This document shows positions 18,350 through 26,874 of a stretch of 47,449 nucleotides of DNA, one piece after another; position 1 is the stretch's first letter, and each line of letters starts with the position of its first letter. The translations under genes were made by a program, and so were the position numbers. The notes below the pieces were generated by a model. The model did not search any database, had not been told where the DNA came from, and saw only the letters and a program-made list of their open reading frames with translations. The DNA is from Candidatus Magasanikbacteria bacterium RIFOXYB2_FULL_38_10 (GTDB lineage: Bacteria; Patescibacteriota; Patescibacteriia; Magasanikbacterales; UBA10003): positions 1 through 47,449 of the forward strand of contig MFQT01000010.1 of NCBI GenBank assembly GCA_001783145.1, read 5' to 3'.

Positions 18350-18703
18350 ATGGAGGAGCAAAGGATGAAGACCTTGGAAGGACTACAAGGACGGAACCTG
18401 GAGGGTGCGGTTATCGTGGAGCACCAGACTTTCGGCCGGGAGCCAGTGCACGGCCACATTGAGAGCGCGGCCGTGGAGGGTTACCCGGACACGGTCTTCG
18501 CCATGCGCTGGCAGAGCTACCGCAAGGATGGGAGATCATTCGATCGAACCACCTCCTTCCCCGTGCACAAATGGGCGTTCTCCGAGGGCGAAGGCGGGGT
18601 GATCAACCTGCACCGCCTCTTCGACAACGGCGCCGGAGAGGTGTTCGATGCTCCCTGGCCAAACGCCGGCCTGTACACCATCATCCCCAAGGAGCAACAC
18701 TAG
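18350..18703 (+). CDS. GC-rich hypothetical protein of unknown family (about 112 aa from ATG 18365)
   Basis: About 62% GC against a 35% background, with high-GC codon usage (CTG, GCC, GGC, CGC); sequence MKTLEGLQGRNLEGAVIVEHQTFGREPVHGHIESAAVEGYPDTVFAMRWQSYRKDGRSFDRTTSFPVHKW...; no recognisable motif. Confidence 0.6.
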   Translation: MEEQRMKTLEGLQGRNLEGAVIVEHQTFGREPVHGHIESAAVEGYPDTVFAMRWQSYRKDGRSFDRTTSFPVHKWAFSEGEGGVINLHRLFDNGAGEVFDAPWPNAGLYTIIPKEQH

Positions 18704-18708
18704 CACTT

Positions 18709-18758
18709 GCCCCCTGACAGAAGCCTATAACAAAGGCTTTCTGTCACGGGGCTTTTTT
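18709..18758 (+). terminator. strong rho-independent terminator (long interrupted stem plus U-tract)
   Basis: gccccctgacagaa / ttctgtcacggggc arms with an inner gcct...aggc hairpin, followed by TTTTTT. Confidence 0.8.
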
Positions 18759-18781
18759 ATTATCAAAAAGAGCCGTTCAAA

Positions 18782-19744
18782 TTATTTTTTCCCCACTTTT
18801 TCCCCATCGCTCAACAATTCTACACTTCCCATTTCATCCGTTCTTAAAATTTCCACTCCGTGTCTTTCTAACCGCCGCAGTGTGCGTAAATGTGGATGGC
18901 CGAAATCATTATTTTTGCCAACAGAAATTATGGCATATTTTGGATTCACAGCCTTTAAAAATTCTTCATTGGTAGAAGAATTACTGCCATGATGGCCAAT
19001 TTTTAAAACATCAGCCTGCACATCTGCATCTTGAGCAAACAACTCTTTTTCTACCGGAACTTCCGCGTCACCCATGAACAAAAAACTTGTTCGACCAAAA
19101 ATCAATTTAAAAACAATAGAAGTATTATTTAAATTACTAAGCGCCAAACTTTTTAATTCCGGCTTGTTCAAATCAGCCGGACCCAAAGCCGATAAATCTC
19201 TTATAGGATACAAAAAATCTAATTTAACCCCACCAACCTTTACATCTTCTTTTGTTTTAACAAGATTTAAAGTAATTTTTTGTTCTTTAATCATTTTTAG
19301 CCACTCCAAAAAAGTTCCTGTAGTTTGTAATACTCCTGTATAATAAATACGACCCACTTCATAACGTTTTAAGACCTCCACCAAACCATCTAAATGATCG
19401 GCATGCGGATGGGTTAAAATCATTACGTCAATCTTTTTTTGGCCAAGCGGCAAATAGGTACCTAAACGCGACAGTACTTTATCATCCGATCCACCATCAA
19501 CTAAAATGGTTTGGTTCTCTGGCGTCATAATCAACGCCGAATCCCCTTGCCCCACATCAAAATAAATAACTCGCAAAACAGATTTAGACAAAGACGGCGG
19601 GAGAGAAAAATTCTGCGCGACAGCAGAACAGCCTGATAAAAAAATAGTTGATAATAAAAAAATTAAAAGCACACCAGATTTGGTTAAACATAACCGCTGT
19701 GGCCAAAAAATTTTTCTAGATTTTGCTTTTTTTAGAATTAACAT
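18782..19744 (-). CDS. ComEC/Rec2-type metallo-beta-lactamase domain protein with lipoprotein-like signal
   Basis: 320 aa; LSGC lipobox-like signal; MBL motifs LTHPHADHLDG and KIGHHGSNSS; overlaps the upstream ComEC channel gene by 29 nt in another frame. Confidence 0.8.
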   Translation of the reverse strand: MLILKKAKSRKIFWPQRLCLTKSGVLLIFLLSTIFLSGCSAVAQNFSLPPSLSKSVLRVIYFDVGQGDSALIMTPENQTILVDGGSDDKVLSRLGTYLPLGQKKIDVMILTHPHADHLDGLVEVLKRYEVGRIYYTGVLQTTGTFLEWLKMIKEQKITLNLVKTKEDVKVGGVKLDFLYPIRDLSALGPADLNKPELKSLALSNLNNTSIVFKLIFGRTSFLFMGDAEVPVEKELFAQDADVQADVLKIGHHGSNSSTNEEFLKAVNPKYAIISVGKNNDFGHPHLRTLRRLERHGVEILRTDEMGSVELLSDGEKVGKK

Positions 19745-21227
19745 AAATTAAATAAACTAAAAATAAATAAAATAACGCCGCGAGCCACCAAGGCAGGGAT
19801 AAATTTAAGGCAGAAAATTTCCAACCGGCCAAATATTCCGCCACCTTTAAAATATAACTTAAGACGGCCCAGGCCGCATAGGCAATAATTTTTCCCAAAG
19901 GCAGATAAATTATGCCTAAAAATAAGCACAAAAAACCTAAAAGCATAGCTAAAGGAACGACCGGCAAAATTAACAAATTAGCCAAAGGTGCTACCAGGGA
20001 AAATTGTCCAAAAGTATAAATAATTAAAGGCGAAGTAAAAATGATAGCGGAAAAAGTAGCTATAATAATTTCTTTTAGCCCCCAAAGAGCTGAAATTTTA
20101 ACCAAAATTTTTTCCAGAATTGGTGAAAAATAAATTAGGCCCAGGGTGGATAAAAAAGACAATTGAAAACCAACATCAAATAAAAGCAGACGCGGATTAA
20201 ATAATAGCATAATGGCGGCCGCTAAAATTAAAACTCGGCCGGCTGAAGATTGGCGCCCTATTTGTCTACCCCATAAAACCAAAACACCCATAAGGCCGGC
20301 ACGAATTACCGACGCCGAGGCACCGCTTAACAAAATGAAAAACAATATTACTCCCAAGATTAGTATAAAGGCGCGGCGACGGCTAAGACCAAAAAATTTT
20401 AACAACACCAAAAGACCAACCACGATAATAGTAATGTTATAACCGGAAATAGCAATAATGTGAGTGACTCCGGTTTTACTAAAAGCATTTCTCAATTCCG
20501 GTGGAAAAGTAGTTCTGTCGCCGTATAAGAGCCCTCGCAAAAAAGAAGATTGCGGCTCCGGCAAAAGATAATTTATTTTTTGGTTAAAGTAATTTCTCAA
20601 ATCCAAAAAAATTTTATAAAAAGAAAAATGCCGAGGTTGAAGATTGCTAATAATTTGGGCATTAAAACAAGCCGTCCAAACTCCTTCTTTTTGCAAGAAA
20701 GCCGCATAAGAAAATTGATCGTCTTTTAGTAATTCCTTAGGATCTGTTAAATTACAACGCACTTCCACCTCTTCACCAAAATCATGTAAAGGATATTTTT
20801 CTAAATATAAAATGGTTTTTCCTTGAATTTTTTTATAATTATCATCAACAAAAAATTTTAAAGCTTGAGAGTTTAGATAAACTCTTTGATAATTGCCGGA
20901 AATTTCCCCAGCACTAATAAGTATTCCTTTAACAATTACTAAGTGGCCGGTAAAAAAACGCAAATTTTGCGGACTTTTAGCAGGTTCCGATAAAACAAAA
21001 CGCCAAACCCCTAAAAACAAAAAAATGGAGAGCACAATTAATACTCGCCATTTTTTAGAGATTGTGATTCCTAAAGATACCAAAAGCAAAATTAAACAAC
21101 AACTAAGAAAAAATAAATTTTTTCTAGTTAAACCCAAAACAGAAGCACCGGCTATCCCTATAATAAAACTAACCAAACCGAACAAAAAAAATTTGGATTG
21201 AGATTCGGCTATTTTTTCTAAGAACAT
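19716..21227 (-). CDS. comEC: ComEC/Rec2 competence DNA-uptake channel (DUF4131 plus competence domain)
   Basis: 503 aa polytopic membrane protein; VTHIIAISGYNITIIVVGL competence-domain signature. Confidence 0.8.
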   Translation of the reverse strand: MFLEKIAESQSKFFLFGLVSFIIGIAGASVLGLTRKNLFFLSCCLILLLVSLGITISKKWRVLIVLSIFLFLGVWRFVLSEPAKSPQNLRFFTGHLVIVKGILISAGEISGNYQRVYLNSQALKFFVDDNYKKIQGKTILYLEKYPLHDFGEEVEVRCNLTDPKELLKDDQFSYAAFLQKEGVWTACFNAQIISNLQPRHFSFYKIFLDLRNYFNQKINYLLPEPQSSFLRGLLYGDRTTFPPELRNAFSKTGVTHIIAISGYNITIIVVGLLVLLKFFGLSRRRAFILILGVILFFILLSGASASVIRAGLMGVLVLWGRQIGRQSSAGRVLILAAAIMLLFNPRLLLFDVGFQLSFLSTLGLIYFSPILEKILVKISALWGLKEIIIATFSAIIFTSPLIIYTFGQFSLVAPLANLLILPVVPLAMLLGFLCLFLGIIYLPLGKIIAYAAWAVLSYILKVAEYLAGWKFSALNLSLPWWLAALFYLFLVYLIYVNSKKSKI

Positions 21228-21248
21228 CTCCCCCTTAAATTAAATTGA

Positions 21249-24092
21249 TTAAACAACAATACTTAACAGCTTACCCTTAACAAAGATAATTTTTTTAGGT
21301 TCTTTGCCTTCCAGCCATTTTTTAATTTTTTCGCTAGATAAAACAATTCTTTTGGCCTCTTCTTCTGTAATATCCACCGCCACCTCTAAAGTATCACGCA
21401 ATTTACCATTAACTTGCACAGCCAAAATAAAAGTTTCATCTTTGGCCAATTCGGCGTTAAACTCTGGCCAAGCAGATTGAAAGATTGTTTTCTTATTACC
21501 TAGTTCCTGCCAAATATCCTCTGCCAAATGCGGAGCAAAAGGAGCCAGGAGTTTAATAAATTTTCCAAAATCGTCTTGGCTAATGATGGAAGAATCATTT
21601 AAATTATTAACAAAAATCATTAATTGCGAAACGGCTGTATTAAATTTCAATTCTCCAATATCATCGGTCACTTTCTTAATTGTTTTTTCAATTTCTCTTC
21701 TCAATTCTTTATTTGTCTCTTTGGCCCATTTAATTTTTTGTGAAAAGTTCCAAATTCTCTCTAAAAACCTTCTCATGCCTACCACGCCTTTGGTGCTCCA
21801 AGCACAAGGCTGACCAAATGGCCCCATAAACATTTCATAGAGCCTCATAGCGTCAGCGCCATATTCACCCACAACATCATTAGGATTGATAACATTATTC
21901 CAACGCTTGCTCATTTTGCGGCCATCCTCGGCCAAAATCAAGCCGACGTGTTGTAATTTAGTAAATGGTTCATCATAGTTTACCGCGCCGATATCAAATA
22001 AAAATTTATGCCAAAAACGCGCGTAGATTAAATGCCTGGTGGCATGTTCTGCCCCACCAACATACAAATTTATGGGCGACCAATATTTTTCTAAATTCTT
22101 ATCAACCAATGCTTTTTTATTATTGGGATCCTCATAGCGCAGATAATACCAACAAGATCCGGCCCATTGCGGCATAGTGTTAGTCTCGCGCTTGGCTGGT
22201 CCGCCACACTTGGGACAAGTTGTATTCACCCACTTTGTGATATTAGCTAGTGGAGATTCCCCTGTTCCTGTCGGCTCATATTTTTTAACTTTGGGCAATT
22301 CTAATGGCAAATCTTTTTCTGGCACGCTCACCCAGCCATCTTTCTCACATTTCACCAGCGGAATTGGTTCTCCCCAATAACGTTGCCTGGAAAAAACCCA
22401 ATCACGGATTTTGTATTGCACCTTTTTTTCTCCCAAACCTTTTTCTTTTAGCCAGTTAATTATTTTTTCTTTAGCCTCTAAAGTTGAAAGCCCATCCAAA
22501 AAATCAGAATTGATTGCGATGCCTTCACCAGCAAAACATTTTTCTTTAGGATCAATTGCGCGACGAATAAACTCCACTTGACCTTGTATATTATATTTTT
22601 CAAATAAAGATAAGGCATCTTTTAAATTTTGCCACTCACCGGTGTAATCCTCAAGATCTTCCATCTGCGGTGGTTGTTGTTTTTCTGATTTTAAATTGAC
22701 AATATATCCTTTTTGATATTTTAAACGTTGTATTTTTAAATCCTCAATATAAAAATTAGCCTGAATTGTTCCTAAAAAATCCCCCCTCTCAAAATCCAAA
22801 AATCCTGTCTCTTCAATTATTTCTCTTCTAAGTGTTTGTTCGTCACTTTCTCCTTTATTATATCTACCAGCCGGCAATTCATACTCGCCATTCGGGCGTT
22901 TCAACACATAAATCTGTCCTTTTTTATTTAACAAAACACCTGCCACGCCATCGGCGCGGATAAAATTGGTTTCAACTTCACCAAATTGTTTAGCTACCAC
23001 CTCTTTAATCCCCAATCCATACTTCTTAGCAAACTCATAGTCCCTTTCATCATGCGCGGGCACGGCCATAATGGCGCCGGTGCCATAACCCATCAAAACG
23101 TAATCCGCCACCCAAACCGGCAGTTCCTCTCCATTCACTGGATTTATGGCCACCACGTCTTCCAACTTCACGCCAGTTTTTTCTTTAGCCAAATCAGTCC
23201 TCTCCAATTCTGATTTATTTTTTGCTAGAGCAACGTAATCTTTTACTTCCACCAAATTACAAATTTCCCCTTCTAAACTATGTAGCAAAGGATGCTCTGG
23301 CGTAAGGACAACATAAGTAGCTCCAAACAAAGTGTCGGGACGAGTGGTAAACACTTCCAAACTTTCCTCCTGCCCACCTGCTTTTAATTTAAATGTCACC
23401 AAAGCCCCTTCGCTTTTCCCAATCCAATTTCTTTGCATCTCTTTTATGGATTCTTCCCATTCAGGCAAATTATCCAAGCCCTGCAATAATTTTTCTGCGT
23501 AATCGGTAATTCTAATCACCCACTGACGCAAGGGCTTGCGTTCTACAACAGAACCACAACGTTCACAAAGTCCTCCTTCCAAATCTTCATTAGCCAAACC
23601 GGTTTTACATCCCGGGCACCAGTTAATAGGCTCGTTTGATTCATAAACCAAACCTTTTTTAAACATTTCCAAAAACGCCCACTGCGTCCATTTGTAATAA
23701 GCCGGGTCGGTAGTATTAACTTCTCTGTCCCAATCATAGGTAAAACCCAAAAGTTCCAACTGCTTTTTAAAAATTTTGATGTTTTTTTCCGTAGCCACCG
23801 ATGGATGAACTTTATTCTTGATAGCGTAATTTTCCGCTGGCAGACCAAAAGCGTCCCAACCCATTGGATGCAAAACATTAAACCCCTGCATCATTTTCAT
23901 TCTGGCAATGACATCTGTGGCAATATAGCCCTTAGGATGGCCCACATGCAAACCTGCACCGGAAGGATAGGGAAACATATCCAAAACATAATATTTTGGT
24001 TTGTCGCCACCTTCTTTGGTTTTATAAATCCCCTTTTTAATCCACTCTTTCTGCCACTTCTTTTCTATTTCTTTGTGATTATATTTTTTCAT
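21249..24092 (-). CDS. leuS: leucyl-tRNA synthetase carrying an in-frame Nudix hydrolase domain insertion
   Basis: 947 aa; HVGHP, ZN-1 knuckle CPGC...CERC, editing domain TTRPDTLFGATY, RDWVFSRQRYWG, KMSKR. About 130 extra residues (aa ~375-500) after the editing domain contain a perfect Nudix box GRYNKGESDEQTLRREIIEETGF. Confidence 0.9.
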   Translation of the reverse strand: MKKYNHKEIEKKWQKEWIKKGIYKTKEGGDKPKYYVLDMFPYPSGAGLHVGHPKGYIATDVIARMKMMQGFNVLHPMGWDAFGLPAENYAIKNKVHPSVATEKNIKIFKKQLELLGFTYDWDREVNTTDPAYYKWTQWAFLEMFKKGLVYESNEPINWCPGCKTGLANEDLEGGLCERCGSVVERKPLRQWVIRITDYAEKLLQGLDNLPEWEESIKEMQRNWIGKSEGALVTFKLKAGGQEESLEVFTTRPDTLFGATYVVLTPEHPLLHSLEGEICNLVEVKDYVALAKNKSELERTDLAKEKTGVKLEDVVAINPVNGEELPVWVADYVLMGYGTGAIMAVPAHDERDYEFAKKYGLGIKEVVAKQFGEVETNFIRADGVAGVLLNKKGQIYVLKRPNGEYELPAGRYNKGESDEQTLRREIIEETGFLDFERGDFLGTIQANFYIEDLKIQRLKYQKGYIVNLKSEKQQPPQMEDLEDYTGEWQNLKDALSLFEKYNIQGQVEFIRRAIDPKEKCFAGEGIAINSDFLDGLSTLEAKEKIINWLKEKGLGEKKVQYKIRDWVFSRQRYWGEPIPLVKCEKDGWVSVPEKDLPLELPKVKKYEPTGTGESPLANITKWVNTTCPKCGGPAKRETNTMPQWAGSCWYYLRYEDPNNKKALVDKNLEKYWSPINLYVGGAEHATRHLIYARFWHKFLFDIGAVNYDEPFTKLQHVGLILAEDGRKMSKRWNNVINPNDVVGEYGADAMRLYEMFMGPFGQPCAWSTKGVVGMRRFLERIWNFSQKIKWAKETNKELRREIEKTIKKVTDDIGELKFNTAVSQLMIFVNNLNDSSIISQDDFGKFIKLLAPFAPHLAEDIWQELGNKKTIFQSAWPEFNAELAKDETFILAVQVNGKLRDTLEVAVDITEEEAKRIVLSSEKIKKWLEGKEPKKIIFVKGKLLSIVV

Positions 24093-24116
24093 AAACTAAT
24101 CTTAACAAAATTGTAC

Positions 24117-25217
24117 CTATTTAGACAACTCCTCTTTAAAAATTTGTTTGGCTGTCCACCACATAGAATCATCACTCTTTTTTTCCTTTAACCAATACCA
24201 GTATTCCACACCCCAAAAATAGGCCTGACCAAAACCCGTGCGCCTGGCAAAACTAGCCGTCTGTTCCAATTTTAAAGCATTCATAGAGCGACGCTGTTCC
24301 ACCAAAGAAACCTTGCTAATATCCTCTCTTAACCAGGGTTCGGCTTGCAACTCTGCAATTATGACACTAGCGGGATAAAGACCATTCACACGCGCTTTTA
24401 AATTATAAAACGCCGGCGGAACCAGATATTTATATTCAAAATAATTATTAAACAAACTGTTCCACACCACCCTATACATAGTGGTACCAAAAAAATCTCC
24501 GCCCAAATGCGCCGCCCTCCACCAAAAAGATAATTCCCCACTATCGGTAATTAAGATTGGTCTAAAATCATTGGCTTTGACAAACGCAATTTCACTTTTA
24601 ACAAAAACGGGATCAGGCGGTGGACAAGTACCAAACCAATTTACCAGCGGTTCATTATCTACTTGCCACATTATAATAGAGCTTTCTTTTTTGTACCTAT
24701 TGATGATTTCTTTTTCCAATCTCAAAATTTTTTCTTGCAGCTGATTTTCTGGATATTTGTTTGCCCATTCTGGCACATGACATTCGGGCCAATGAGGCAA
24801 ACGCCGACCAATAACTAAAATGATTCTAGCTTGTCTTTTTTTAGCTTCCTTAATTTGCCAATCCAAACTGCCAAAATCATACCGCCCCTCTTCTTTTTCA
24901 ATTTCTGGCCAATAAGCTAACAAACGCAAACGGCGCGCACCCAAATCATCTAAAATTTGAGTGTAAGTTTTCTGCCAATCCAAACCTAAATACTCGGCCT
25001 GGGGCTTGCTAAAAGTGACTCCAAACTCCATTGATTGATTTTTACCAAAATTCCAAAACCACAAAATTGCCCCCAAAACTATAATAATTATTAAAATCAA
25101 AAATAAAAATTTCTTCATACTAATAAAAACAAACCCCAGCCAATTAAAATAATCGCCAAAATCTTTTGCACTAAAACCCAACCTTTTATTTTTTCTTCCA
25201 AAAGATTGGGGCGCCAT
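24117..25217 (-). CDS. membrane-anchored glycoside hydrolase (clan GH-A-like, NEP catalytic motif)
   Basis: MWQVDNEP acid/base motif, TIM-barrel-like periodicity, N-terminal TM anchor. The true start is probably MKKFLFL at 25118, giving a 4-nt overlap with the upstream gene. Confidence 0.6.
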   Translation of the reverse strand: MAPQSFGRKNKRLGFSAKDFGDYFNWLGFVFISMKKFLFLILIIIIVLGAILWFWNFGKNQSMEFGVTFSKPQAEYLGLDWQKTYTQILDDLGARRLRLLAYWPEIEKEEGRYDFGSLDWQIKEAKKRQARIILVIGRRLPHWPECHVPEWANKYPENQLQEKILRLEKEIINRYKKESSIIMWQVDNEPLVNWFGTCPPPDPVFVKSEIAFVKANDFRPILITDSGELSFWWRAAHLGGDFFGTTMYRVVWNSLFNNYFEYKYLVPPAFYNLKARVNGLYPASVIIAELQAEPWLREDISKVSLVEQRRSMNALKLEQTASFARRTGFGQAYFWGVEYWYWLKEKKSDDSMWWTAKQIFKEELSK

Positions 25218-26053
25218 TTAAATAAAATTAAAACTAAAACAAGCAAAAAAGCATATTGCAAACCCTGCAAGGCATTAACCAAAGTGACACTGGCGAGTGA
25301 AATAGCATAATTGATAAGCAAAAAACTGGCCGCTCCGGCAACCTGGCCAAACAAAAATAAAAAACCTGATTGACGCGCTATTTTTTTATCTTGATGAAAA
25401 ATATCATGTCGGTTTTGAGCGCTAAGTAATAAAAATAAAGCCCCGACAAAAGTGGTTAAGCGCAGCCAAACAAAAGCATTGACAAAAGATAAATTATTAA
25501 AGAGATACTTGGTTAAAGCATAAGACAAGCCAAAAAAGAAAGCGGAAAAAAGAGCCAACCAATAAACGCGGCGAGAATTAGATTTTCCGGTTTTGCCCAA
25601 AGAAATTAAAACTGTGCCTAAAATAATCACAACAAAAGCCATAATTTGTTTAGGGTTCAACCTTTCATTCAATATAAAAAAAGAAAAAATAAAAACAAAA
25701 ATCGGAGAAAAGCCGCCAATAAAAGGCGTGATGCGTGAGGATTCAGAAATTTTTAAAGATTTAAAAAGATAAAGTAACGCCAAAGCAAAAGAGATGCCGG
25801 CAATTAAAGAAACAAATAAATTCCACCAACTTATTAAAGCCAAACCCCAAGGCGCCAGCACCAGACCAAAGAGTCCCAATAAAGAAATATAAAAAACATA
25901 TACCGCGGGGTTGGAAATTTTTTTGGAAATCAAAATTTTATCTACCACAGCGGAGAGAGCATTTAAAAAATAGCCTATTAGGGAAATTAAAAGCCACATA
26001 AATATAGATACTGAAATTATAACAAATTTGAGGAATAAAAAAAGAGGACACAA
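25115..26053 (-). CDS. DMT/EamA-family 10-TM transporter
   Basis: Two tandem 5-TM EamA-like repeats. The ORF-track start at 26053 is a TTG; a more likely ATG is at 25999. Confidence 0.6.
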   Translation of the reverse strand: MCPLFLFLKFVIISVSIFMWLLISLIGYFLNALSAVVDKILISKKISNPAVYVFYISLLGLFGLVLAPWGLALISWWNLFVSLIAGISFALALLYLFKSLKISESSRITPFIGGFSPIFVFIFSFFILNERLNPKQIMAFVVIILGTVLISLGKTGKSNSRRVYWLALFSAFFFGLSYALTKYLFNNLSFVNAFVWLRLTTFVGALFLLLSAQNRHDIFHQDKKIARQSGFLFLFGQVAGAASFLLINYAISLASVTLVNALQGLQYAFLLVLVLILFKWRPNLLEEKIKGWVLVQKILAIILIGWGLFLLV

Positions 26054-26071
26054 GCGTTAACTCGTGTCCTC
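26037..26071 (-). terminator. rho-independent terminator ending the GC-rich minus-strand operon
   Basis: gaggacac...gtgtcctc 8-bp stem followed on the minus strand by TTTTTTT. Confidence 0.6.
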
Positions 26072-26242
26072 GGAGGTTCGTGCTTTGTCTTTGGAGTTAT
26101 CCTTAGACTGGCAATCCTCTTGACCGTACGGTTTTACGGCCACTTTATTTGGCTGACCTCCGCCTATGGAGCTTTCATTTACCCTTTTGGGGATGGTTAA
26201 AGCAGAAACCGTTAGATTGTAGATGTCGTAGCCCTGCTACGA

Positions 26243-26857
26243 CTAGGCCGCGGCGGCCTTCTTCTTCGGGGCGGCCTTGGCCTTCTTCCCGGCCTTGGGC
26301 TTGGCCGGCGCCTTCTTGCCCTCGTCCGCGGGCTGGGTCGGGGCGGCGGGCTCCGGCTTGGGCGGCGGGGTGTAGCCCGTGGCCTCGTGGAACCAGCTCG
26401 GCGCCGCGTCGTTGACCAGCACGCCCTTCTCACCGGCCTGGATGCCGAGCGCCTTGACCGCGCGCACCAGCACCATCTTGACCTCGGCGGCCGTGGTCAG
26501 CACCTTGGAGTAACGCGGCTGGTCGTCCTGCCCCGGCTGCTTCCAGTCGTACTTGGCCGGGAAGCTGGACTTGAGGTCCACGCCCTTGGCCGGCTCCACC
26601 CGCACGCGCACCTGGTGCCCCAGGTCTCGCACTCCGATCCTGCCCTTGGGGGTCACCGCCAGCACCAGGTACTGCCCAGTGCTCTCGGTCCCGCCCATGA
26701 AGAACGGGTTGACCTTCTTGCCGTCCTTCTTGACCACCTTCAGTGGCCAGTCCGGGAAGCCGAGCGCCTTGAACGCCTTGCTCATGTCCATGGGGTTCTC
26801 CTTCGGCGCCTTCTTCTGGGGCGCCGCGCCGGTGGTGGGGGTCTCTCCGCACGCCAT
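26243..26857 (-). CDS. basic protein: unknown N-terminal domain plus histone-H1-like Lys/Ala/Pro-rich C-terminal tail
   Basis: 204 aa, about 68% GC; tail PPPKPEPAAPTQPADEGKKAPAKPKAGKKAKAAPKKKAAAA; GAGGAGG Shine-Dalgarno upstream; last gene of the 3-gene operon. Confidence 0.7.
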   Translation of the reverse strand: MACGETPTTGAAPQKKAPKENPMDMSKAFKALGFPDWPLKVVKKDGKKVNPFFMGGTESTGQYLVLAVTPKGRIGVRDLGHQVRVRVEPAKGVDLKSSFPAKYDWKQPGQDDQPRYSKVLTTAAEVKMVLVRAVKALGIQAGEKGVLVNDAAPSWFHEATGYTPPPKPEPAAPTQPADEGKKAPAKPKAGKKAKAAPKKKAAAA

Positions 26858-26874
26858 TGTTGCCTCCTCGGAGC

